Shown here one piece after another: positions 1-8,937 of a stretch of 64,000 bases of DNA. The notes under the pieces were generated by a model. The model ran no database searches, was not told the origin of the DNA, and was given only the letters and a program-made list of their open reading frames with translations. Numbering within the stretch: position 1 is the first letter of the stretch; each line of letters begins with the position of its first letter. The stretch spans positions 778 through 64,777 of the forward strand of contig CAKOLB010000006.1 of assembly GCA_934096125.1 (NCBI GenBank), given 5' to 3'. The DNA comes from an uncultured Bacilli bacterium (GTDB taxonomy: Bacteria > Bacillota_I > Bacilli_A > RF39 > UBA660). Position numbers and translations under genes: made by a program.

Positions 1-50
1 GCCAAAAGCTTTCAAGATTCATAACATTTTCATCCATAAAATCACCATAC

Positions 51-608
51 TTATATTTGCTTATTTTCGCTATTTAAATAACAACCACTCTCATGAGAAT
101 TAATAACACCAATTGCTTGCAAGTAAGAATAAATTATTGTACTTCCTACAAACTTCATTCCTCTTTTTTTAAGATTTAAAGATATTCTATCTGATAAACT
201 GGAAGTTATCTTATCTATCTCATAGTAAATCTTTTGACCAGTAAATTCCTCTAAATATTTTCTAAATGTTCCATACTCATTTTGAATACTTTTAAACACT
301 TTAGCATTATTCACACTAGCTTGCACCTTTAATCTATTTCTAATTATTTTCTCATTATTAATAAGCTTATCTATTTTCTTATCATCATATGCTGCCACTT
401 TATCTACATCAAAATTATCATAAGCTTTTTTAAAATCTTCTCTTTTGTTTAATACACATTCCCAAGATAATCCCGCTTGAAAAGACTCCAAGATAAGCAT
501 CTCAAACAAATAATCATCATCTAAGTTCAAAACTCCCCACTCTTCATCATGATATTTTACATACAATTCATTTTTTAAATTACACCAAGAACACCTATTT
601 TTCATCAT
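51..608 (-). CDS. tag: DNA-3-methyladenine glycosylase I (Tag)
   Basis: Translated ORF has the Tag signature: the CSWC zinc motif, YHDEEWGV, and FE.L.LE.FQAGLSW. Confidence 0.85.
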   Translation of the reverse strand: MMKNRCSWCNLKNELYVKYHDEEWGVLNLDDDYLFEMLILESFQAGLSWECVLNKREDFKKAYDNFDVDKVAAYDDKKIDKLINNEKIIRNRLKVQASVNNAKVFKSIQNEYGTFRKYLEEFTGQKIYYEIDKITSSLSDRISLNLKKRGMKFVGSTIIYSYLQAIGVINSHESGCYLNSENKQI

Positions 609-701
609 TTTTCTCCCAACCTATATATACTATAACAAAAGGTTAGATAAAAAGGCAAATACCAAAAAAGTTATCGCTTACCTTTAAGCCATAACTCATC
701 T

Positions 702-1187
702 TTAATCTTTAATAAATCCAAACTTACTAAAAGGAAATAATCTAAATACTACTTTACCTTTAATATCTTTTTCTTTAACCGGCCCAAAATACCTAGAGTC
801 TTTACTAACAAGTCTATTATCTCCTAAAATAAAGTATTCATCACTTCCTAAAGTTATCTTATTATAATCACTTGTCTCTCCATAGGCATGAAAATCATCA
901 ATAACTTTATCATTTACATATATTTTATTATCTTTAATTGATACTGTATCCCCAGGTATACCGATAACCCTTTTAATAATTATCTCATCATCTTTTTCTT
1001 CTTTTAAGACAATAATATCTTGATAATCTATCTTACCCATCTTATAAAGTAGCAAAATATCTCCATTTTGAAGCGTATTTTTCATGCTCGAGCCATCAAC
1101 CCTAACCGGAGTTATTACAAACGTCCGAAGCATAACAATTACCAAAATAATTAAGATATAAGGCATTAGTTCTTTTAATTTATTCAT
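702..1187 (-). CDS. lepB: signal peptidase I
   Basis: N-terminal TM helix, a GSSM..TL..GD serine box and a GDNR..S.DSR box. It follows rplS, as in the Clostridial rplS-lepB arrangement. Confidence 0.8.
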   Translation of the reverse strand: MNKLKELMPYILIILVIVMLRTFVITPVRVDGSSMKNTLQNGDILLLYKMGKIDYQDIIVLKEEKDDEIIIKRVIGIPGDTVSIKDNKIYVNDKVIDDFHAYGETSDYNKITLGSDEYFILGDNRLVSKDSRYFGPVKEKDIKGKVVFRLFPFSKFGFIKD

Positions 1188-1217
1188 ATAATCTCCTAAT
1201 TCAAAAAAGGAAAAGAA

Positions 1218-1559
1218 TTAACTTCTTTCCTTAACTTTATATTCTTTGCGCATTCCTTTAATAAAGTTCAATTTAACTCGACGTACTTTACCTTTTTTAA
1301 CTACCACAATCTTATCAATTGTTGGCGTATTAACTGGAAATATTCTTGAAACTCCAACAGTACCACTTTTCTTTCTAACTGTAAAAGTTTCTGAAACTCC
1401 TCCACCTTTCTTAGATACTACAAGACCTTCAAAAGATTGGATTCTTTCCTTCTTTCCTTCTTTTACCCAAACGTCAACTCTAATTGTATCTCCAACTCTA
1501 AATTCTGGAATATCAAGACGAATATGTTTAGCTGCAATTTTATCAACTAAATTAGCCAT
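1218..1559 (-). CDS. rplS: 50S ribosomal protein L19
   Basis: Strong L19 similarity (MANLVDKI...RIFPVNTPTIDKI). The start was moved to the ATG of MANLV, preceded by GGAGG plus 8 nt; the ORF-track start at 1577 is upstream of the SD. Confidence 0.9.
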   Translation of the reverse strand: MANLVDKIAAKHIRLDIPEFRVGDTIRVDVWVKEGKKERIQSFEGLVVSKKGGGVSETFTVRKKSGTVGVSRIFPVNTPTIDKIVVVKKGKVRRVKLNFIKGMRKEYKVKERS

Positions 1560-1672
1560 ACTTTTTTCCTCCTTCACTAAATTTTACCTATAATCATATT
1601 ATAAATAGCGGATTATATACCTTTTTGGGTCAAATAAATTGTAGCATACTTCAAAGGCTTTGGCAACCAATT

Positions 1673-2812
1673 TTACAACAAATTATCCCCAAATTCCTCA
1701 TTCAAATACTCTTTTTGTAAATTTCTATTTAAAATACTCATCAAATAATATCTATTAGTATTTAAAAGTTTTAACAAATCATATATTCCTCTTTCTTCAT
1801 TTAAAATATAAACTCTATCTTTCGGCTGCATACCTTCATCGGCCTTTACCACTATATAATCTATCTCATCTACTAATATATCCCTTTTATAATTATTTAT
1901 TCCAACATAACTAACTGCTTTAGTAATTCCATCTTTATGTCCAATTGGAATTAAAGCCACATACATATTCTCTTTAGCCACATAATTCTTTCCAATAATA
2001 CTTCCCTTTTTTACAAACTTTGTCTGCATAACTTCACTAGTTATATTAAATATTAATTTCAAATCAATATCTGGAAACTCTAAATCATTATATTTCTTTT
2101 CAATCCCTTTTATTTTCATACTAGTAAAAAAATCATCACTTATATTTTCTTCAATCCCTAAAATGGATAAATCAAATCTAATTCCATTTACATAATTTAT
2201 TTTTTTATGATACATAACCGGTTCATTAAAATGAACTAAATACTCATCACTTAGATATTCTTTAGTAATTTTATAAAAATTATTAACCTCTTCATAATAA
2301 TGTTCATCATCTACCCCAAGGGTCGTAAGCTCAGTATAAAACCCCTCTAATTTAATATGTTTATTTTCTTTTATTAAATTTATTATATCTTCAAGTTCAC
2401 TGGAAGTACTTACCCCCATTAAATTAGCCCCATTATCAATCAAAATCTGAACATTTAAATCATCTTTAACATTTAAAGAAAGTATTAACTTTAAGTGTTC
2501 TAAACTATAAATTGTAACTGTTAAATTATTATTAATCGCATCATATATCTCATCTAAAGACACATAATAATTAACTAAAATTTTCACATCTTTATTAAAT
2601 TTTCTTATATTTATTCCATCTTTAAGCGAGCCTACCGTAAAATAATTTATGCCATTATTTGCCATCGTATTAACAATTTTTAAGCCCAGTCCATGACCAT
2701 TATCCTTTAAATCAACCATTTTATACTTATAATCACTATAACTTTTACAAAGTAAATTAGTATTACTTTTAAGTTTAGCTAAATCTATTTCCATCTTAGT
2801 TTCAAATTTCAT
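1673..2812 (-). CDS. alanine racemase-family PLP enzyme (divergent)
   Basis: About 380 aa. The N-terminal VDLKDNGHG stretch resembles the PLP-lysine motif VVKANAYGHG, and the C-terminal TNRYYLMSILNRNLQKEY resembles the Alr tail. The protein is divergent and the assignment is tentative. Confidence 0.5.
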   Translation of the reverse strand: MKFETKMEIDLAKLKSNTNLLCKSYSDYKYKMVDLKDNGHGLGLKIVNTMANNGINYFTVGSLKDGINIRKFNKDVKILVNYYVSLDEIYDAINNNLTVTIYSLEHLKLILSLNVKDDLNVQILIDNGANLMGVSTSSELEDIINLIKENKHIKLEGFYTELTTLGVDDEHYYEEVNNFYKITKEYLSDEYLVHFNEPVMYHKKINYVNGIRFDLSILGIEENISDDFFTSMKIKGIEKKYNDLEFPDIDLKLIFNITSEVMQTKFVKKGSIIGKNYVAKENMYVALIPIGHKDGITKAVSYVGINNYKRDILVDEIDYIVVKADEGMQPKDRVYILNEERGIYDLLKLLNTNRYYLMSILNRNLQKEYLNEEFGDNLL

Positions 2813-2896
2813 AAACTAATCTCCTCATACATTATATTTTCTTTCTTCCTCTAATATGTTAAAATATTTCCAGATAAAACACAAGCCCCAAAAGTT

Positions 2897-4252
2897 ATGA
2901 AACCCGATAAATATCAAAAAGCTGCTATTTTAGAAACCGGTAATTGCTTACTCCTCGCTGGTGCAGGAAGTGGCAAAACTTTTACAATTGTAGAAAAAAT
3001 TAATTATTTAGTTACCTCTAACATATGTACCTCATCCGAAATTTTAGTTATATCTTTTACTAACAAAAGTGTAAATGACCTAAAGAAGAAGATTAAATAT
3101 CCTTGCCAAATTTTCACCTTCCATAAACTAGCTTTACATATTTTGAAAATGTATAATCAAAACTTCTCTTTAGCACCAAGTAACCTTTTAGATTATGTAG
3201 CAAAGGAAGTTTTCTTAAGTCTTTCAGAAACAAAATTACAAGAAGAATTAAAATCATATTTTCACGTTAAAACTTATAACCAAATTTTTGCATCTAAAGA
3301 TTTTAAAGATTTTCAAAAAATAATTATAACTACCATTAAACTTTTAAAAACAACAAACACTTCTAAAGACATATTAAAATCAAGTTACAAAGAAAATTCC
3401 ATTTTAACTAAATACGCTTTAATCATTCAAAAGATTTATGAAACTGAACTTAAGTCATGTGGTAAGAAAGATTTAGATGATATCATAATTGATGCAAGCA
3501 ACATCTTAGATAAAAATCTCGGCTACAAATACATTATTATCGATGAATTTCAAGATACTTCCCCAATTAGATTTAATTTAATATATAAAATTTTTTCCCT
3601 AAGCAAGGCCAAAATATTTGCAGTTGGCGATGACTATCAATCGATTTATCATTTCACTGGATGCAACCTAGATATCTTTTTAAACTTTCCCAAACTTATT
3701 CCAAACACTAAAGTTTTAAAACTAGAAACCACTTATCGCTTTTCTCAGAATTTAATCGACATCGTTACTAAATTTATTACGAAAAACCCTAAACAGCTTG
3801 GCAAAAACATCAAAAGTCCAAGCCAACTTTCAAATCCAATAGAATTTATTTATTACTTAAATTCCCATAAAGCATTTGAAAAAATTTATCAAAAGTTAAA
3901 GAAAGAAAAGCAATCATTTTTTGTTCTTGGGAGAAATACTTTCGATATCAAAAACTTCACGTCCAAGGCTATTCCCGAATTTTTAACAGTCCACAGTTCT
4001 AAAGGTCTTGAGGCTAAAAACGTTATTATAATTAATTTAAGCAATAACAAAAATGGTTTTCCCAGCCAAGTAGTAAACCATAAAATACTAGAGATAATTC
4101 ATCCTAGTGATGCCTCTTACCTTTATGCCGAAGAAAGACGCTTATTTTATGTTGCTCTAACCCGAACTCAAAACAAAGTCTACCTGCTTGTTCCCTATTT
4201 TAAAAAATCAATTTTTATTAAAGAACTAAAAAAGATAATAAAATCATTATAA
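2897..4252 (+). CDS. compact UvrD/PcrA-family DNA helicase
   Basis: All SF1 motifs are present in order: I AGAGSGKT, II IIIDEFQDTSP, III VGDDYQSIYHFTG, IV TYRFSQN, V TVHSSKGLE, VI ALTRTQNKVYLL. At 451 aa it is far shorter than UvrD. Confidence 0.7.
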   Translation: MKPDKYQKAAILETGNCLLLAGAGSGKTFTIVEKINYLVTSNICTSSEILVISFTNKSVNDLKKKIKYPCQIFTFHKLALHILKMYNQNFSLAPSNLLDYVAKEVFLSLSETKLQEELKSYFHVKTYNQIFASKDFKDFQKIIITTIKLLKTTNTSKDILKSSYKENSILTKYALIIQKIYETELKSCGKKDLDDIIIDASNILDKNLGYKYIIIDEFQDTSPIRFNLIYKIFSLSKAKIFAVGDDYQSIYHFTGCNLDIFLNFPKLIPNTKVLKLETTYRFSQNLIDIVTKFITKNPKQLGKNIKSPSQLSNPIEFIYYLNSHKAFEKIYQKLKKEKQSFFVLGRNTFDIKNFTSKAIPEFLTVHSSKGLEAKNVIIINLSNNKNGFPSQVVNHKILEIIHPSDASYLYAEERRLFYVALTRTQNKVYLLVPYFKKSIFIKELKKIIKSL

Positions 4253-4274
4253 CTTCATTATCTTTAAAAATTTC

Positions 4275-6449
4275 TTATTCTGCCTTTTCTTTCTTTGTCT
4301 TCTCACTTTTTTTAATTTTATCAGGTTTTGGCAAAGTATCTTTGCGTGATAAGTTAAGTCGGCCTCGATTATCATAACCAAGTGACATCACATTTATCTC
4401 ATCGCCCACTTTAAACATATCCTTTGGATTTTCAACTCTTTCATGAGCTAGCTGTGAAACATGAACAAGCCCTTCACAACCTGGCCAAAGTTCGACAAAC
4501 AAACCAAAATCTTCGACTTTAGTTACTTTTCCTTGGTAAATTTTTTTCATTTCAACTTCCCGAACAACATTTAAAATCATTTCCTTTGTCTTAGCAATGA
4601 TATCTTTATCCTGATGATAAATAATTACTCTTCCATCATCTTCCAAATCAACTTTAACTGCATCTTTATCATTTACAGTTTTTACATTTGACGCTTCTAA
4701 AATTATCTTGGTAATCATTTCTCCTCCACGACCAATAATATCGCGAATTTTTTCCGGGTCAACATTAAATGTTTCAATCTTCGGTGCATATTTACTAACT
4801 TCTTCTCTTGGCTTTTCAATAACTTTTTCCATCACATCAAGTATTTCAAACCTTGCTTTTTTCGCTTGTTCTAACGCTTCTTTAAGAATATTTTCTGTTA
4901 CCCCTTTAATTTTAATATCCATTTGCAAGGCTGTTATCCCTTTTTTAGTACCAGCCACTTTAAAATCCATATCTCCCATATGGTCTTCTAGCCCTTGAAT
5001 ATCCGTAAGAATTGTATACTTATCACTTTGTTTATCTGTAATAAGTCCCATAGCAATTCCTGCCACTGGAGCTTTTATTGGCACACCTGCGGCCATCAAA
5101 CTTAAACACCCAGAACAAATAGATGCTTGCGAAGAAGAACCATTACTTTCCAAAACTTCACTAACTACTCTAATTGTATAAGGGAATTCCTCTTCACTTG
5201 GAATTACATATGATAATGCTCTTTCTCCTAAAGCTCCATGACCAATTTCTCTTCGTCCCGGAGAACCATATCTTCCAACTTCTCCTACTGAAAACTGTGG
5301 AAAATTGTAATGAAGCATAAATCTTTTGGAGTCTTCAATACCAAGTCCATCAAGTATTTGATGCTCTCCAATTGCTCCTAAGGTTGTAGTTGCTAAAACC
5401 TGTGTTTCCCCACGTGTAAATAAAGCAGAGCCATGAGTCCGTGCAAGCAAATCAATACTCGCTGAAAGGGGCCTAATCTCATCCATCGCTCTTCCATCTG
5501 GTCTAATATGCTTATTGATAATTAAATTACGTACACATTCTCCCTCAATAATTCCAAGCAGTTTACTTACCATACTCATAATATTATCTTTATCTTCATC
5601 ATTTTCATAAAGCTTTTCAAAATGATTTATAGTATTCTCTTTAACTTCATCAATCTTTGCATATTTTTCTAACTTTTCCTTAATTTGCACTGCCATAAGC
5701 ATATCATCTGTGGCAAACTTGCGCACCATTTTTTCAAGCTTTGTATCTATAACAACAGGCTCTAAAGCAACTTTAGGAAGTCCTATTTCTTTAATGATTT
5801 CCTCTTGAAATAAACATAGTTTTTTTATTTCTTCATGAGCAAACATTAAAGCATCTACCACTACATCTTCTGGTAATTCTAAAGCTCCAGCTTCCACCAT
5901 ACATATCGCATCTTTAGTACCTGCAACAGTTAAGTTAAGAATACTTCTCTCACTTTCTTCACTAGTTGGATTTATCACAAACTTACCATCAACCATTCCA
6001 ACAATTACACCCGAAACTGGAATATCAAAAGGTATATCACTTATACCTATGCTTAAAGATGAACCAAACAAAGCAGCCATTTCCGGAGAATTATCAGGTG
6101 TCACTGACAAAACAGTATTAACAACTTGAATTTCATTTCGTAAATTTTCATCAAACATTGGTCTAATAGGTCTATCAATAAGCCTTGCTGCCAAAGTTGC
6201 AGCTTCACTTGGTCTTCCCTCTCTTTTGATAAAACCACCTGGAATTTTCCCAACCGAATAAAGCCTTTCTTGATATAAAACTTGCAGTGGAAAGAAATCT
6301 CCAGCTACTTTATTTTTTCCCATAACACATGTAGAAAGAACTGCCGTATCCCCATAACGAACTAAAACAGAACCATTAGCTTGCTTAGCCAAATCACCAA
6401 TTTCTACTACAAGCAAGCGCCCTCCACACATTACTTCATATTTTTTCAT
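4275..6449 (-). CDS. pnp: polynucleotide phosphorylase
   Basis: Two RNase PH domains plus KH and S1 domains. Start set at the ATG of MKKYEV, preceded by GGAGG; rpsO lies immediately upstream. Confidence 0.95.
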   Translation of the reverse strand: MKKYEVMCGGRLLVVEIGDLAKQANGSVLVRYGDTAVLSTCVMGKNKVAGDFFPLQVLYQERLYSVGKIPGGFIKREGRPSEAATLAARLIDRPIRPMFDENLRNEIQVVNTVLSVTPDNSPEMAALFGSSLSIGISDIPFDIPVSGVIVGMVDGKFVINPTSEESERSILNLTVAGTKDAICMVEAGALELPEDVVVDALMFAHEEIKKLCLFQEEIIKEIGLPKVALEPVVIDTKLEKMVRKFATDDMLMAVQIKEKLEKYAKIDEVKENTINHFEKLYENDEDKDNIMSMVSKLLGIIEGECVRNLIINKHIRPDGRAMDEIRPLSASIDLLARTHGSALFTRGETQVLATTTLGAIGEHQILDGLGIEDSKRFMLHYNFPQFSVGEVGRYGSPGRREIGHGALGERALSYVIPSEEEFPYTIRVVSEVLESNGSSSQASICSGCLSLMAAGVPIKAPVAGIAMGLITDKQSDKYTILTDIQGLEDHMGDMDFKVAGTKKGITALQMDIKIKGVTENILKEALEQAKKARFEILDVMEKVIEKPREEVSKYAPKIETFNVDPEKIRDIIGRGGEMITKIILEASNVKTVNDKDAVKVDLEDDGRVIIYHQDKDIIAKTKEMILNVVREVEMKKIYQGKVTKVEDFGLFVELWPGCEGLVHVSQLAHERVENPKDMFKVGDEINVMSLGYDNRGRLNLSRKDTLPKPDKIKKSEKTKKEKAE

Positions 6450-6500
6450 TTCTACCTCCATTTAAAGAAAAAAAGACACTAAAAACATGTGCCTTTTCTT

Positions 6501-6770
6501 TTACTTTCTTAAATTTAATTTTTTTATAACTTCTCTATAACTTACTACATCATTTTTCTTTAAATAATCAAGTAATTTTCTCCGACGTCCAACTTTCATT
6601 AAAAGTCCACGTTTAGAATGAAAATCATGCTTGTGTTCTTTTAAATGTTCAGTTAAGTTATTAATTTCATGTGTCAAAATTGCAATTTGCACTTCTGCAG
6701 ACCCACAATCATTTTCAGACTTAGCAAATTCTTTAATAATCTTTGCCTTTACATCTTTTTCTAAAGCCAT
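6501..6770 (-). CDS. rpsO: 30S ribosomal protein S15
   Basis: 89 aa with conserved S15 sequence ([13 protein letters not shown]...HKHD.HS.RGLL). Confidence 0.95.
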   Translation of the reverse strand: MALEKDVKAKIIKEFAKSENDCGSAEVQIAILTHEINNLTEHLKEHKHDFHSKRGLLMKVGRRRKLLDYLKKNDVVSYREVIKKLNLRK

Positions 6771-6884
6771 AATATCCTCCTTATTTTTAAATTGGTTTAA
6801 TCTAAGTAAAGAATTGGAGTAAATCTAAACTGAGAATAAACTTCCTGTATATATTATATTTTAAAACTCACTACTTTTCAAGGT

Positions 6885-7421
6885 TTATTTTAAAGCTTCT
6901 AACAATTCATTTTTTTTCATTGTTGAGTAGCCTTTAACACCAGCTTCTTTAGCCATTACTTTTAATTCAGCTAAAGTTTTCTTACTCATATCTGTAACAT
7001 TTTTTTCTTCTTTTACTTCTTTAGTTTCTTTCTTTACTTCTTTTTTTTCTAAAGTAACACTTTTACCATCTAACGCTTTTTTAGAAGTTTCAACTAAACT
7101 TGCAAATGCCTTTGGGTCATCTATTGCTAGTTCAGATAACATTTTTCTATTGATTTGAATGCCTGCTTTACTTAATCCATTCATAAATTTAGAATAACTA
7201 ATATCATTCATTCTACAAGCAGCATTAATTCTTGTTATCCATAATTTTCTAAAGTTTCTTTTATTTTGTTTTCTATCTCTATAAGCATATGCTCCACTAT
7301 GGAATAATTGTTCTTGAGCAGTCTTATATAATCTATGTTTACTTCCAAAATAACCTTTAGCTTGTTTTAATACTTTTCTTCTTCTATTTTTGGAAACATT
7401 TCCACCTTTAACTCTTGCCAT
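6885..7421 (-). CDS. rplT: 50S ribosomal protein L20 with a C-terminal Rho_N/SAP-like extension of about 60 aa
   Basis: L20 core MARVKGG...RKLWI.RINAA. The protein is 178 aa where L20 is normally about 118 aa. The tail [30 protein letters not shown] resembles the N-terminal domain of Rho. Confidence 0.9.
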   Translation of the reverse strand: MARVKGGNVSKNRRRKVLKQAKGYFGSKHRLYKTAQEQLFHSGAYAYRDRKQNKRNFRKLWITRINAACRMNDISYSKFMNGLSKAGIQINRKMLSELAIDDPKAFASLVETSKKALDGKSVTLEKKEVKKETKEVKEEKNVTDMSKKTLAELKVMAKEAGVKGYSTMKKNELLEALK

Positions 7422-7438
7422 TTTATATTACCTCCATG

Positions 7439-7633
7439 TTAGATAACAGACTTTAATCTGTTTCTATCTCCTTTAGCTAAAACGCCTTTATTACGTCTTT
7501 GTCTTACTTCTTTAGCAGTATCTTTTCCAGTCTTATGATTACTACCAGACTTCTTATAAGTTAGTTCCCCATTTTTTTTCTTATTAAATACTTTTGCACT
7601 TGACTTATGTGTTTTTTGTTTTGACTTTGCCAT
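7439..7633 (-). CDS. rpmI: 50S ribosomal protein L35
   Basis: 64 aa, lysine and arginine rich, with the MAKSKQKTHK start. It sits between infC and rplT. Confidence 0.8.
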   Translation of the reverse strand: MAKSKQKTHKSSAKVFNKKKNGELTYKKSGSNHKTGKDTAKEVRQRRNKGVLAKGDRNRLKSVI

Positions 7634-7639
7634 AACTTC

Positions 7640-8191
7640 CTATTTCCCTTCTCCTTTTTTTGGTGCTAAAATCATTGCCATTTGTCTTCCATCTAGTTTT
7701 GGTTCCATTTCTATTACGCTACTATCCTTTAATGCATCCGCAAACTTAAGCAAAACTTCTTTTCCATACTCAGGTTTTGCCATTTGTCTTCCCTTAAAAC
7801 GAATAAAAGCTTTTATCTTATGTCCTTTTTTAAGGTATGACTCAGCATTTTTTCTTCTCGTCTCAAAATCTCCCACATCAATAGTAACAGACAAACGATA
7901 TTCTTTGACATCCTTATTTGCTTCTCTTTGCTTTTTTTGAGTTTCTTTTAATTTCTTTTGTTTCTCATAACGGTATTTATTATAATCCATTATTTTTACA
8001 ACCGCCGGAACACCATTACCATTCATTAAAACCAAATCCAAACCAGCATAACTTGCAAGGGTCAAAGCATCCGCTATCTTTTTTAAGCCCATCTTTTCTC
8101 CATTCGGGCCAATAACCATTACCTCAGGAATTTTAATGTTTTCATTAATTAATAATTCTCCACTATTATTTGCTATATTAAGCACCTCCAA
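7640..8191 (-). CDS. infC: translation initiation factor IF-3
   Basis: IF3 N- and C-domains (MDYNKYRYE...). No canonical ATG is present. The frame opens with TTG at 8191 inside the GGAGG, so the likely start is the rare ATA at 8176, 6 nt after GGAGGTG. IF3 genes typically autoregulate through such rare starts. Confidence 0.85.
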   Translation of the reverse strand: MEVLNIANNSGELLINENIKIPEVMVIGPNGEKMGLKKIADALTLASYAGLDLVLMNGNGVPAVVKIMDYNKYRYEKQKKLKETQKKQREANKDVKEYRLSVTIDVGDFETRRKNAESYLKKGHKIKAFIRFKGRQMAKPEYGKEVLLKFADALKDSSVIEMEPKLDGRQMAMILAPKKGEGK

Positions 8192-8355
8192 ATATCAAAA
8201 AATGAATACAAACTTTGTATCCATTCCATCTTAAAGTATATCTCTAATGGCTTTTTACCTATCGTTATTTTAACAATCAGGTGGATACAAAATCTCTTTC
8301 CTTTTTCAACAACAACTATATTCTATACTAATATCTTACTCCTGTCAACCCATTT

Positions 8356-8862
8356 TTATGCCATTTTCTTAGACATAACTAAACTCATTCGAGCCATATC
8401 TTCATTTTTTCTTTTTAAAACTAAGGCAGCATCCTTTTCCCCAAGCAACTCTTTAATCATAAACTCTGGTAAATGATAAAGACCTTCAACCGAAAATATT
8501 CCTTGACATACCAGTAAATTACGGACCTTTGTATCAACATATATTCCCTGGAAATCCGCTAAAGCCTCAGCATATTTATTAAACTTTTCTTTAGTATCAA
8601 TACCATACTTTTTTAATGAAAACACATAAGACTTCATCACATCTATTAAACTATCAGCATACATGACAGACACTTCATCACTACCAGGAAACTTATCATC
8701 ACAAGCTTTAACAACCGTAGTCAAAAAGTCACTTGGAAGTATTTCTCCAAGCACTTCATAATAACCTCGGTCTTGAAAAGATATATCTGAACTATAAAAT
8801 ATAGCATTTACAAAACTCATTCGCTCTCCCCTCATATTTTTATTCTCCATTTCCTCCTTCAA
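8356..8862 (-). CDS. hypothetical protein
   Basis: ORF only; no family recognised. The likely start is the internal ATG of MSFVNAIFY, about 8820, which has an AGGGGAG SD. Confidence 0.3.
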   Translation of the reverse strand: MKEEMENKNMRGERMSFVNAIFYSSDISFQDRGYYEVLGEILPSDFLTTVVKACDDKFPGSDEVSVMYADSLIDVMKSYVFSLKKYGIDTKEKFNKYAEALADFQGIYVDTKVRNLLVCQGIFSVEGLYHLPEFMIKELLGEKDAALVLKRKNEDMARMSLVMSKKMA

Positions 8863-8937
8863 ATGTTTAGTATTCTACCACGTCTTTAAAAAAAATACAA
8901 GAGGCATATCTCTCATATTTCTTATTATAAATATTAT

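Noticed and set aside
1246-1593. Plus-strand ORF antisense to rplS. The ORFs at 4708..4998, 6631..6822, 7918..8115, 11058..11252, 14133..14354, 16332..16704, 18529..18726, 22688..22879, 26061..26267, 30769..31065, 31825..32088, 33280..33483, 33889..34092, 35929..36126, 36446..36769, 36985..37239, 37569..37808, 41183..41446, 42580..42774, 43411..43734, 45298..45543, 45864..46052, 49491..49910, 50920..51150, 51453..51728, 53366..53575, 53795..54031, 57286..57570, 60120..60646, 60947..61159, 61944..62189 and 63131..63313 are similar.
   Set aside because: All lie inside, and antisense to or out of frame with, well-supported genes. They are low-complexity AT-codon runs with no SD and are artefacts of the six-frame scan.
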